Positions 51,201 through 58,711 are shown, counted from the whole stretch's first letter. The stretch is 63,940 nt of DNA, filler included, from an uncultured Methanosarcinales archaeon (GCA_964472345.1; 5 parts of 5 records of this genome joined end to end with filler, not necessarily neighbours in it); one strand, 5' to 3'. Numbers and translations: made by a program. Notes: generated by a model from the letters alone, not told the origin.

Positions 51201-52523
51201 AGCGTCGCCAGCGTGCAGGTCTCTGCGGTGGCCAACAGCAGGTACGGCATCGCGTTCAGCCTGGATGGGGCGGTGTTCACTCCCACCCTCAGCGTAGGAA
51301 CGATCGCCCCCGGCAGTTCGGCGACGGTCTTTGTCAGGGCAACGATCCCTGCGAACGAGGACGGGGGCGAGCATGACATCGGCGACATCGTCGTCAGCAG
51401 CCCGCAGGTCACCAAGACGATCCGCAATGTCCTCATCAACCCGCTCAGCTCCCTCAGGATCAAGAATGTTGAAGTCGACAGCGATGATCTGGACAGCGGC
51501 GGAAGCGCGGACATCGAGCCGGGAACATCAGTTGATGTCGAAGTTGAAGTCGAAAACATCGGAAGCGAGGATATGGAAGACATTGAGGTCGAAGTGCGCA
51601 TCCTTGACATCCGCGACGGCAACAGGGACATCGAAGAGGACGCTGACGAGTTCGATCTTGACGCAGGCGATGAGGAGACCGCCACCGTCGGCGTGAACAT
51701 CCCGGATGACCTTGACGAGGATTCCTATGACATCATCATCGAGGTGCGCGGAGTCGATGACAGCGGAGCGCGCCATGTCGCGACCCTGCGCGGCGAGCTT
51801 GACGTCGAGAAGGAGGATCATGACCTGCGCCTGTCGGCAGAGCTTTCCGCTGCGGAAATAAGCTGCACGCGCACCCCGACGGTCGATGTAACCGTCCGCA
51901 ACCTGGGCGAGGATGATGAGGATGATGTGCGCATCACCGCGACCAGCTCCGCGCTCGGCGTCAGCGAGGAAGCGTCCGATCTCGATCTTGATGAAGGCGA
52001 CCGCCTCCACCGCAGCTTTGCGCTCACGCTCACGCAGGCACGCGAGGGGAGCTATGCCATTGACGTGCGAGTCTACCGGGACAATAATGACCTTGAGGAT
52101 ACCGCCTCCCTGCCGCTCAGGATCACGGCATGTGCGGAAGAGCGGAGCGTTGCCGTCGATGTCGCGGAGCAGGACATCCGCCGGCAGCACCAGGAGCTGC
52201 TCAGCGCAATGCTCGCGCAGCAGCAGCCCCAGATCGTCGTCGAGCAGCGCGACACCGGATTCTTCTGGGTGGCCGTCGCAATCATCATCGTGATTAACGT
52301 CGGCGTGATCGCGTTCCTCACCGGCGCGGTGGTCATCAGGAAACAGCAGAAGCTCGCGCAGCAGCGCGCAACGCCGGGCGCTGAGCTTCCGGCACGCTCG
52401 GTCCTGGAGATGCGGAAGATGAAAGAGAAGGAAGGCGGCGAGCAGGGCAAGGAACGCAGCAATGAGCGTGAGGAGCCCGGACGGCCGAAGCGGAAGAGAG
52501 GAAGGCCGAGGAAGAATGAGTAA
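45264..52523 (+). CDS. Giant 2419-aa surface protein: lamin-tail-like domain, Ig and cadherin-like repeats, TM helix, basic tail
   Basis: INEF...EWIELYN, DNT.P.V repeats, ED...VND.P repeats, TM helix near the C-terminus. Confidence 0.9.
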   Translation: METGGGRKAVFITLLLALFLLTVRAAAADVAINEFLANGVAEPGSEWIELYNNGTAAVDITGWNITDGELNSNFTFPAFILEPGSFVLAVRDSAQFNATFNDSLFFNSSVTVFEYKTDAPGLQLANGGDNITLFAADSAATVQDSISFGAQSEGVSQGRLPDGNGSSDLVSFSRPTPSNRNDNIPPAINASLTPIENTTVTGTLTLVANITDNLYPIDTALVEINSINSTLAQAGDLWSFSWDTTLLPDGVYNLTFFANDTAGLSSSAFIRNVTVDNSRPNVTLSSPVDGSVLGGPLILNATVNDSSPIDTVFFNVSNATDTLIIPAAQSGGEFAEQLNTAVLNDGPYTAAVFANDTVNNTNSSQSAAFTVDNLKPNASINGPAVAPPVRGTVPLNATITDATALTVTFEITNASNGFNSTPALTGGEFVSLLDTTTLADGAYNFGVLAVDAAGNTNASEVTALTVDNTAPAVTINSPADGRNVTRTLTLNATVADAALDTVLFNISNSSGFSLLAAAPSGAEQAAALDTATLNDGAYTINVLANDTAGNRNATEAVTVTIDNTRPAVTINAPTAAANVSGTTLLNVTVTDASPLSVAVLNLSNATDALSTITVTGGNGELAELLDTTSLPDGTATLQVIANDTLNNTNATETVSFFIDNTPPAVTIITPPNGTNASGTLTLNATVTDALALSIVFFTVSNTTDLAAIAATPAGSEQSAALDTATLNDGSYVIALFANDTLNNTNSSQGATVVIDNTPPVITLGACTPDPANLTQAVTCNATITDNLVGIGTVQAVVTLPNSTNETQTLTFNGNVYQFTFTGTVLRGIYNVTWRANDTLNNSNKVVTNFTILNRAPEQNGTVPNLTWSEDTNITLNLSAFFTDADGDNLTFLNTSGPSLTTIFINESGLVTFEPPADFNGTDSVVFTVSDGFGGSNTTNNITLNVTQVNDAPTIAPTVPNITLAEDSGAFVLFLTQNEQDIEDLNGTGLSNGLSWAVINQNASLYSLFVFSTLDMLVFNTTLDAFGTDTIGLILTDSGGLSATQNLTVTITPVNDAPAIAPIPAQSVTEDTLTTLELAPFLSDADGGLASLVVQANSSRVLVNRQNLTFNYTDQAVTSEGIELNVTDGIANASRIFNITVTFVNDVPQFAGILLQTVAEDGGGSTLNLTPFISDEETAAAGLTLTLLSENASQVDCSVTSQTLNLTPAANFSGLAQCELQLSDGSAAASTNISINVTPVNDAVQLLSAIPNQTLTEDTPAVLNLTPFWFDADGDAIGYNVAAQGPNVTITLNNATRTATLQPAANFSGSTWMILAATDGTTSANSSNVSITVTAVNDEPPAVSAFPAVIFSEDSFNASINLSDFVADADTPDDQISWSKLGDPRILFSVLPGQRANFSAVPDFCGTTAILLTASDGNTTDSEPVTVQVNCVADAPVVNLTAPANGSTINSTTVTFSWTASDADNDTLSFTLHLGTGSNPPANLTTTATSATLSGLANNQLHFWRIVANDSTSVVSSPTRQFTVMTNLPPVITTFAPADTTPAVAEGSTLAFSVTATDPESAPLRFNWTLDGTQVSTTAAFTYAPGFSDAGAHTVLANVTDSVNNTATQQWNVTVTGTNTAPVINGTIPAQTLAEDGGTLTLDLTPFERDLEDGNAGLTWSVSGVDASLLTITINAATDEAAITPVANAFGSDTATFTLTDSGGLTASQNVLITVTAVNDPLTITSFSPSFDDPAIGDNETLVFSITAVDPDGTAPSITWFVNNALSGTGSTFAFTGTSLGAFAVRANVSDGSVTLAQEWDVTVSRAPILSAFDGSTTFNVTTMNDSQLASVSSFILERSGVARIVFTQPVDLRDAVDFGNLVIMQNNLVGIDTAALPELNRSARITLFNVNVNSPVILFNGGFTANTSAIAGVCDFCTIISSANNQIVFDVTHFTTFMAVPSTAADLRVPDSITIGGANAARNSTVNASFTITNPGTLASVASVQVSAVANSRYGIAFSLDGAVFTPTLSVGTIAPGSSATVFVRATIPANEDGGEHDIGDIVVSSPQVTKTIRNVLINPLSSLRIKNVEVDSDDLDSGGSADIEPGTSVDVEVEVENIGSEDMEDIEVEVRILDIRDGNRDIEEDADEFDLDAGDEETATVGVNIPDDLDEDSYDIIIEVRGVDDSGARHVATLRGELDVEKEDHDLRLSAELSAAEISCTRTPTVDVTVRNLGEDDEDDVRITATSSALGVSEEASDLDLDEGDRLHRSFALTLTQAREGSYAIDVRVYRDNNDLEDTASLPLRITACAEERSVAVDVAEQDIRRQHQELLSAMLAQQQPQIVVEQRDTGFFWVAVAIIIVINVGVIAFLTGAVVIRKQQKLAQQRATPGAELPARSVLEMRKMKEKEGGEQGKERSNEREEPGRPKRKRGRPRKNE

Positions 52524-52558
52524 CAGCCCATTTGGAACCTTGAAGGGGGGGATATAAA

Positions 52559-53107
52559 ATGAATAAAATTAGATGGAAAACCATTGTTGTCAGTGCCTTG
52601 TTTATCATGCTTTTCGCCGTTAGCGCTGCCGGCCAATCGGAAGTCGGAAGCTCGCAAACGGCGGGACTCGCCTGTACGGAAACGAAAGAGGTCTTATTGT
52701 CTCCTGGCGGGCAGCTGGAGCGGAGCGACCCGACCGTTGAGGTTGAAGAGGAGAATCCGTTCGCATTTAATTATGTTTTATTTGGTGAGCCTTATCGCAA
52801 CGAGGACGGCAAAGTACGCTACCCCAGAAGCGTCGTAGTGGACTCCTGCATGGGGAATTTCCTATGGGAGGTTTCCTGCGTCGATGGGAAGCTCCACACC
52901 CAGCAGTACCTTTGTGTTGGCGGAACGGAGGAGAAAGAGGTTGCGTTTGGTGACATACTTAATCAGAAGATATGCCGGTGCATCGGGACCGCACGCCTGT
53001 TCACGCCGCTTGCTGATGTCTATCTTCCTGAAAACGTCCATCTGGTTGGTGGCCTTTTTGGAGAACCGATTGACGACAAGGTAAAAATCAGGGAGCGTCA
53101 CCGTTGA
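52559..53107 (+). CDS. Secreted Cys-containing hypothetical protein
   Basis: Signal peptide; DSC...LWEVSC motif. Confidence 0.7.
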   Translation: MNKIRWKTIVVSALFIMLFAVSAAGQSEVGSSQTAGLACTETKEVLLSPGGQLERSDPTVEVEEENPFAFNYVLFGEPYRNEDGKVRYPRSVVVDSCMGNFLWEVSCVDGKLHTQQYLCVGGTEEKEVAFGDILNQKICRCIGTARLFTPLADVYLPENVHLVGGLFGEPIDDKVKIRERHR

Positions 53108-53145
53108 TACGCTCCGCCCGTTTGCCGATGCGGCCACGAATGCTG

Positions 53146-53721
53146 TCAGCGCTTAGCGGCGAGGGTTGCGCATAACTGATCAACCTTCTTGTGGGTCAAT
53201 CGGAGCTTCCTGTTGCTTTCTTTCACCAGCAACCGGAAATATGTCTCAGGAACGGCGAGTTTTTCCCCAACCGCAACCGGCGCCTCGATGAACTCGCTGC
53301 CGCGGATCTCGAGCATGGCGCGCTGCGGCGTTAGTGATATGATTCCGCTGTGCTTGAAGAGCCGCTGCGCTGTTCCGAGCAGCACGAGCGCGTCCGGAAG
53401 CGTCGCGCACGCCACGCGCAGGATCATCGGCTCGAAGCGGAACCACACCGTTTCATCAGGAAGCGTCCGGAGCGCGCGCCTGATGCCGGCAACGCCCACG
53501 GCCGTGTGGCTCACAAACAGGAAGCCAACGTCCTTCTTCAGCCCGCTGCGGGGGGCCGTGAGGAGCACGATGCGCCCTGAGCAGGAGGAGGTCGTCACAT
53601 ACGGGGCGAGCGCGTTGATGCGGCCGAGGAGCGGCCTGATGCGCGCGTCGATGCTGCCTTTGCTGGAGCGGTCCTTGCGGGCGAGGATGTACTGTTTCCG
53701 GGTGGCGAAGGGGTCGCGAAT
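53146..53721 (-). CDS. taw3: Tyw3/Taw3 tRNA wyosine methyltransferase; start codon anomalous
   Basis: DRSSKGSID, YVTTSSCSGRI, FVSH, EPMIL, FKHSGI. Confidence 0.85.
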   Translation of the reverse strand: MRDPFATRKQYILARKDRSSKGSIDARIRPLLGRINALAPYVTTSSCSGRIVLLTAPRSGLKKDVGFLFVSHTAVGVAGIRRALRTLPDETVWFRFEPMILRVACATLPDALVLLGTAQRLFKHSGIISLTPQRAMLEIRGSEFIEAPVAVGEKLAVPETYFRLLVKESNRKLRLTHKKVDQLCATLAAKR

Positions 53722-53937
53722 GAGGCCATGGGCGCACTGGTTCCTGCGGGTTAGGGGATGGAGGGGTAGGGAATGTCTTGATAGCGGACCAATAAGAGAT
53801 AAATGTTTTGTTCGTGGTAGGTGAAATAAAAGGAATGTCTTTATACCATTTACTTTTCAGGGGCTCAAGATCCGTTGACGATAGTTTCGGCACCGTTTGC
53901 AAGAAAGTTTAAATAAGCGCCGTCGTTCTCCTTGCAT

Positions 53938-54270
53938 ATGTGGGAACTAAGAGAAACCAAAGAATTTGAGCGGAAGTTTGAGAAGCTGCCACCAGACATC
54001 AAAAAGCGGTTTGAAAACCAGATCAGGAAACTCCAAGAAAATCCCTATGCTCTTGGCAGGCCCCTCAGATATCCTTGGTTGAGGGAACTCAAGAACGATA
54101 AGTTTCGTGTTTACTATCTCATCTACAATCAGCTGGTTGTGGTCCTGTTCGTGGGGGTCTCCGACAAAAAGAGCCAGCAGGTGGTGATCAATGCCATCAA
54201 AAGCAATTTGAAAACATTTAAGGAGTTTGTAGAGAAAGGGGCAACTATTATAAAGGAGGAAAGACTTTGA
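53938..54270 (+). CDS. RelE-like toxin
   Basis: EFERKFEKLP...NPYALGRPL...RELKNDKFRVYY. Confidence 0.82.
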   Translation: MWELRETKEFERKFEKLPPDIKKRFENQIRKLQENPYALGRPLRYPWLRELKNDKFRVYYLIYNQLVVVLFVGVSDKKSQQVVINAIKSNLKTFKEFVEKGATIIKEERL

Positions 54271-54279
54271 ACTCCTACA

Positions 54280-54396
54280 ATGGACAAAGAACTCCAAAAG
54301 CTGATTGACGAACGCCATGAGCTTATTGACAAGCTTTGCATGGAGATCATCTCGGTAGAAGAAGGGATGACCAAGATACCGGTGGAAGCACAATGA
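54280..54396 (+). CDS. Small acidic ORF (38 aa)
   Basis: TTATAAA about 26 nt upstream, inside the toxin gene; ATGA overlap with the next ORF. Confidence 0.45.
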   Translation: MDKELQKLIDERHELIDKLCMEIISVEEGMTKIPVEAQ

Positions 54397-54530
54397 CCGA
54401 AGACATCAGACGGGTTAAAAAGGAACTGCAAGAGCAGAACGAATTTCTTCGCTCCCTGTTGCGGTCTTTTGAGGATATCAAGAAAGGAAGGATTAAGAAG
54501 TTTGAGTTCTCGGAGAAGCATACGGCGTAA
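54393..54530 (+). CDS. Small putative antitoxin (45 aa)
   Basis: FLRSLLRSFEDIKKGRI resembles antitoxin C-terminal motifs. Confidence 0.55.
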   Translation: MTEDIRRVKKELQEQNEFLRSLLRSFEDIKKGRIKKFEFSEKHTA

Positions 54531-54565
54531 GTTAACAGAACGGACTTTTCATTAGAACGCTCATT

Positions 54566-55177
54566 TTATATGGTTCCTGAGAACAGTTCCCTTATCTTCG
54601 CAAGCCCGTGCGTGAGACGGTCGGCAAGCTTTTGTTGAGTGGCTTTTGTTTGTGTTTTTAGCACTTTTTTCTGCTCATCAGTTTGCTTATCAGTTGGGGT
54701 GAGCCTCCGCTCCTCGCCTGTTGCACGCGCTATTTTTCTCCGGAGATACTGGTCACGCTCATCTGGATCACCCAGATAGGTGTGGAACCAGTGCGCCATG
54801 GCAAGAGGAACACGAAGCCCCGGCTCGCCATCGTACGCGAACAGCATCACGTAGCCTTTATCGCCTTGACTATCACGCGGCAGCGACGGGTAGATCTCTT
54901 CAGCAAACTTGCCAAAGCTCATGCGCTTGTGCCACTTAAAATCTCTCTGCTTTCCATTCTTCCCTTCCGCTTCCGCGAGGATGGTTTCAAGCGGCCCTTC
55001 TTCGATGAGGACGAACTGGTCGTGGGCATGCTTCACCGAGCCGTAGCCTGGCTGCGAGAACCACAGCACGCGATGATCCGCTTTCCCGGCTTCAGGAGCA
55101 GCATCCCTGAGATTGGCGAGAAGGTAGCCGACGATGGAAAGATAGAGCTCCCGCTGCGCAGGCTCCATAGCTGCCAT
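54566..55177 (-). CDS. Hypothetical protein
   Basis: 203-aa ORF with plausible composition; no recognisable motif. Confidence 0.55.
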   Translation of the reverse strand: MAAMEPAQRELYLSIVGYLLANLRDAAPEAGKADHRVLWFSQPGYGSVKHAHDQFVLIEEGPLETILAEAEGKNGKQRDFKWHKRMSFGKFAEEIYPSLPRDSQGDKGYVMLFAYDGEPGLRVPLAMAHWFHTYLGDPDERDQYLRRKIARATGEERRLTPTDKQTDEQKKVLKTQTKATQQKLADRLTHGLAKIRELFSGTI

Positions 55178-55602
55178 CGCGGAAACGTGTTGGGGCGGAN
55201 NNNNNNNNNNNNNNNNNNNNNNNNNNNNNNNNNNNNNNNNNNNTTAATTAATTAANNNNNNNNNNNNNNNNNNNNNNNNNNNNNNNNNNNNNNNNNNNNT
55301 CGCAGGGGTTGCCGAGCGGAGCGAGCGCAACGAGAGAACAGAGCGAAGCGGAGTGACCTTACAGCCTTATTGATGACATAAGCGTGAATTTCGAAGGTGC
55401 TGAACAAATACCCTATGAATATAAACCCCCCGAGACCCAGCGAACCGGGCCTCGGCGGGAAAAAGAGGTGATAGACGTATCTCCTCGCGAGTAGTACTTG
55501 TATATATACTTTTCGGTATTTGAGTATTCAAGAGTAGTTAAACAAAGGTAAGCGGCGGGCCGCGCATGGCGCCGGCCGGCGCTTTCTGCCGATTCCTGAT
55601 GC

Positions 55603-55734
55603 GGCTCTGGTGAAGGTCGCGGCTTGCCGCCAGCGAGCGCTCGCGTTACTCAGAGAGCATGCGCTTGCGCTAGGCTCATTCAGGCGCGGAGCGCAGGCGC
55701 GTGAGCCGTAGCGAGCGGGACTTTCACCAGAGCC
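55603..55734. repeat. Hairpin/MITE-like repeat, copy 1
   Basis: Terminal IR GGCTCTGGTGAA/TTCACCAGAGCC; highly similar to copy 2. Confidence 0.88.
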
Positions 55735-55779
55735 CTTGGCGCAGAATGCTTATATAGCCTATTCCATTTCCGGCTTGCC

Positions 55780-56355
55780 ATGGAGGAAAAGCTCTTCGGG
55801 CACTACCGGCGCGACGCAGGTGGCGCCTACCTGATTGAGGTATCAGTCCCCGATGTTGGCAGGCTGTTCAGCCCCCATGACGCGATGCCGTTCTACGAGC
55901 GCGACCTGAACCGGAAGATTGCCGATTCGATCCTCGAGCAGCTCGTCGTCTTTCCGGGGCATGTCCCTGTCCGGCTGGTCGTGCACCTCCCCCGGTCAGC
56001 GAGGAAGCGGCAGGTGGAGAGGAAGCTCGCGAAGGCGATCCGGCACCACTTCGAGTATGATTATCTCGACAGCCACCTCCACCTGAAGCGGCGGCTCCGG
56101 AAAGGCCGCAAGACGTTTCTCGTCGCAGCGCTCATCTTCGTTTGCCTCATTTCGCTCGCAACGCTCATCGAGCGCTTCTTTATGAGCAACCCATTCCTGG
56201 GCATTTTCTCACAGGGGCTGTTCGTGGGCGGCTGGGTCAGCCTCTGGCATCCCATCGAGACGCTGCTGTACGAGTGGCTGCCCCTGCACGACGAGAAGAA
56301 GAAGTTTGCGCGGCTTCTTGCCATGGGTATCAGTTTTGTCTACAGGAAGCGGTGA
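55780..56355 (+). CDS. Two-TM membrane protein
   Basis: LFSPHD.MPFYERDL, GWVSLWHPIETLLY; own TTATATA box. Confidence 0.8.
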   Translation: MEEKLFGHYRRDAGGAYLIEVSVPDVGRLFSPHDAMPFYERDLNRKIADSILEQLVVFPGHVPVRLVVHLPRSARKRQVERKLAKAIRHHFEYDYLDSHLHLKRRLRKGRKTFLVAALIFVCLISLATLIERFFMSNPFLGIFSQGLFVGGWVSLWHPIETLLYEWLPLHDEKKKFARLLAMGISFVYRKR

Positions 56356-56360
56356 TGTCC

Positions 56361-56491
56361 GGCTCTGGTGAAAGTCGCGGTTTACCGCCAGCGAGCGCAG
56401 GTGTTACTCGGAGAGCATGCCCTTGTGCTAGGCTCATTCAGGCGCGGAGCGCAGGCGCGTGAGCCGTAGCGAGCGAGACTTCACCAGAGCC
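56361..56491. repeat. Hairpin/MITE-like repeat, copy 2 (direct orientation)
   Basis: Same terminal IR and internal sequence as 55603-55734. Confidence 0.88.
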
Positions 56492-56537
56492 GTAGTGCCC
56501 GCCAGCTTTATTAACCCGCTGGCGCTGATTTGCTGGC

Positions 56538-57107
56538 ATGAGCTGCGCGTGCGGAAGGGAAGGTGAGCTCCAGCGTGGGAAGCAATCCTTCTGCATGAGC
56601 TGCTTTTGCGATCAGTTCGAGACGCGCGTGAAGAAGGCGCTGCGCCGGCGCGAGCTCAGGCGCGGCGAGCGCGTCCTTGCCGTCGGCGCTCTCGCAGCCC
56701 ATATTATCAGGAAGCTGGTACGCCTCCCCATTAAGCTCACGGTCGCCGACATGCCCAAGCACGGCTCCGGCACCACGATCACCGACTGGACTATGGACGA
56801 CGAGTGCGTCGCCTTCCTCGCATGGCTCGGCGGCGCCAGCGAGTTTATCCAGCACGAGCATGACATCCCTCTCTTGCTCTACGTCACCGACGAGGACGCT
56901 GCGCACTACGCCAGGCTCCATGGCCTCCCGTTCACCCCAAGGCGGAAAGACGCCATGTGGTGGAAATTCCTCCGGACGTTTGATGATCATCCCGAAATGA
57001 AGCGCAACCTGCTCAGGAACATAGGGGAGCTGCGGGAGCTGCTTCGCGAAAAAGGGCATTTCTCAGCACAGCAAAAAGAAACCATCATGGCGGATCGCGC
57101 AACATGA
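56538..57107 (+). CDS. Protein with TtuA/Ncs6-like N-terminal Zn finger and no intact PP-loop
   Basis: CACG...FCMSCFCDQFETRVKK; no SGGKDS motif. Confidence 0.55.
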   Translation: MSCACGREGELQRGKQSFCMSCFCDQFETRVKKALRRRELRRGERVLAVGALAAHIIRKLVRLPIKLTVADMPKHGSGTTITDWTMDDECVAFLAWLGGASEFIQHEHDIPLLLYVTDEDAAHYARLHGLPFTPRRKDAMWWKFLRTFDDHPEMKRNLLRNIGELRELLREKGHFSAQQKETIMADRAT

Positions 57108-58234
57108 AGATGAAGACAAGCCTGATTCCTCCAGCAGTAATAGCAAATTGCAAAAATTTACAAACTTTTTACTTGCAATTTGCTATTCTAGCGAATCTCG
57201 CAAATGTTTGGTTATTAACGAGATTCGCTATAATTCCGCTTCTTATCCTGTTGCTTCTCCTCACCGGCTGCTCCTTCCCGCCCCGGGAAAACCTTGCCGC
57301 AGCCGCCGCCTCCCTCATCCAGGACCATGGCACCATCACCGTCCACTTCTGCCCTCAGGAAGCCTGCGAGCAGCTCACGCTCGACTTTATTGCAGATGCA
57401 GGTGAAACGCTCCACTGCGCCCTGCACGACCTCAACCTCGAGAGCCTCGGCAGCCTCCTCGAAGAGAAAGCGGCAACGATAGACGTCAAGCTCGTCATGG
57501 ACGACCATTATATCAAGAAGGCGCCCAGCGTCCCCGTCGTTGCCGATTCGAGCTACGGGCTGATGCACAACAAGTTCTGCGTTGTTGACCAGCGCAAGCT
57601 CTTCACCGGCAGCATGAACCCCACGCTGCGCGACACGGCGCGGAATAACAACAATCTGCTTTTTATCGAGTCCCCCATCATCGCGCACTGGTACGAGCAG
57701 GAATTCGAAGAGCTCTGGAACAGGGAGCGCAGGGGAGGCGCCAACCGCGGCACCGTCCTGCTCGAAACTATTCCCGTTGCCGTGTACTTCTGCCCGGATG
57801 ACGGCTGCGCCGACAAGGTCGTGCGCGAATTGCGCAAGGCGCAGCGCTCCATCCACTTCATGACATTCAGCTTCACGCATACCGGCATCGCAAACGTCCT
57901 CCTCACCAAGCACGACGCAGGCATTGAGGTGCGCGGTGTCTTTGAAAAGACGCAGCTCAGCGAGCACAGCGTCTTTGACGTGCTCAACTATCAGGGCGCA
58001 GACGTCCGCATCGACGGCAACCCCACCAACATGCACCACAAGGTCTTCATCGTCGATGGGCGCTGCGTGCTCACCGGCAGCATGAACCCGACCGGCGGAG
58101 GCGACAGCAGGAACGACGAGAACCTGCTGATCATCTGCGACGAGTCCCTCGCGCAGCAGTTCGAGGAGGAGTTTGAGAAGGTGTGGGGGGAGGCGGTGAA
58201 TGCAGCAGGATCAGGGTCGGCAACTGACATCTGA
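57104..58234 (+). CDS. Phospholipase D-family (two HKD motifs) lipoprotein with an in-frame insert in its signal peptide
   Basis: MHNKFCVVD and MHHKVFIVD, TGSMN twice, lipobox LTGC. Confidence 0.9.
   Translation: MKMKTSLIPPAVIANCKNLQTFYLQFAILANLANVWLLTRFAIIPLLILLLLLTGCSFPPRENLAAAAASLIQDHGTITVHFCPQEACEQLTLDFIADAGETLHCALHDLNLESLGSLLEEKAATIDVKLVMDDHYIKKAPSVPVVADSSYGLMHNKFCVVDQRKLFTGSMNPTLRDTARNNNNLLFIESPIIAHWYEQEFEELWNRERRGGANRGTVLLETIPVAVYFCPDDGCADKVVRELRKAQRSIHFMTFSFTHTGIANVLLTKHDAGIEVRGVFEKTQLSEHSVFDVLNYQGADVRIDGNPTNMHHKVFIVDGRCVLTGSMNPTGGGDSRNDENLLIICDESLAQQFEEEFEKVWGEAVNAAGSGSATDI
57130..57237. repeat. Twin-hairpin palindromic insertion, 108 nt, AT-rich
   Basis: 15-bp IR 57139-57153/57173-57187, 12-bp IR 57189-57200/57219-57230, ATTCC direct repeat at 57125 and 57233. 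Confidence 0.85.
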
Positions 58235-58711
58235 CTGAAGGAAGCGCGGGAACCTCGCCTCTATCCATCGGGGCGTTCTCTCGCTGTAGCCGGAGCAGAC
58301 CGAAACGAGCGGACCATAGCGGCTTTCTGCAACCCGTTCTTGTGCTTTAATTCCTGCATCAAGGGTCTTACTGAGTAGTGCCAACTCCTCCCCTGTCGGA
58401 GGCAATCGCTGCTCACCTTGCAGGACGACATAATGGGTAATAATGATGTGCGAAAGCTTCAATTGTCTCGCTCGCCCATTGCCGGAAGCACCATTCGCTT
58501 CAGTAACTTCGACGGCGCCGGCGAAATACAGGAGCGCCCGGCGCTGGAAGAAGCCGTCGATTCTTTTCCATTCGGGCCCGTGCGTGAACAGCTCTTCGGG
58601 TATTTCCGGGAGGAAGCATCTTTGCACTCTATTACCATAATCATATTCCAGAACCCAGTCTTTGAGCGCTTCAGGGAGCTTTTCAAACCGTAACTTCCTG
58701 CGGACCACCAC
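58211..58711 (-). CDS. Hypothetical protein
   Basis: 166-aa ORF with SD-like GGAGG upstream. Confidence 0.5.
   Translation of the reverse strand: MVVRRKLRFEKLPEALKDWVLEYDYGNRVQRCFLPEIPEELFTHGPEWKRIDGFFQRRALLYFAGAVEVTEANGASGNGRARQLKLSHIIITHYVVLQGEQRLPPTGEELALLSKTLDAGIKAQERVAESRYGPLVSVCSGYSERTPRWIEARFPRFLQSDVSCRP

Noticed and set aside
55301..55330. GCAGGGGTTGCCGAGC resembles a tRNA-Leu 5' end
   Set aside because: No anticodon arm, T arm or 3' acceptor strand follows. It lies at a contig edge and folds as a local hairpin.
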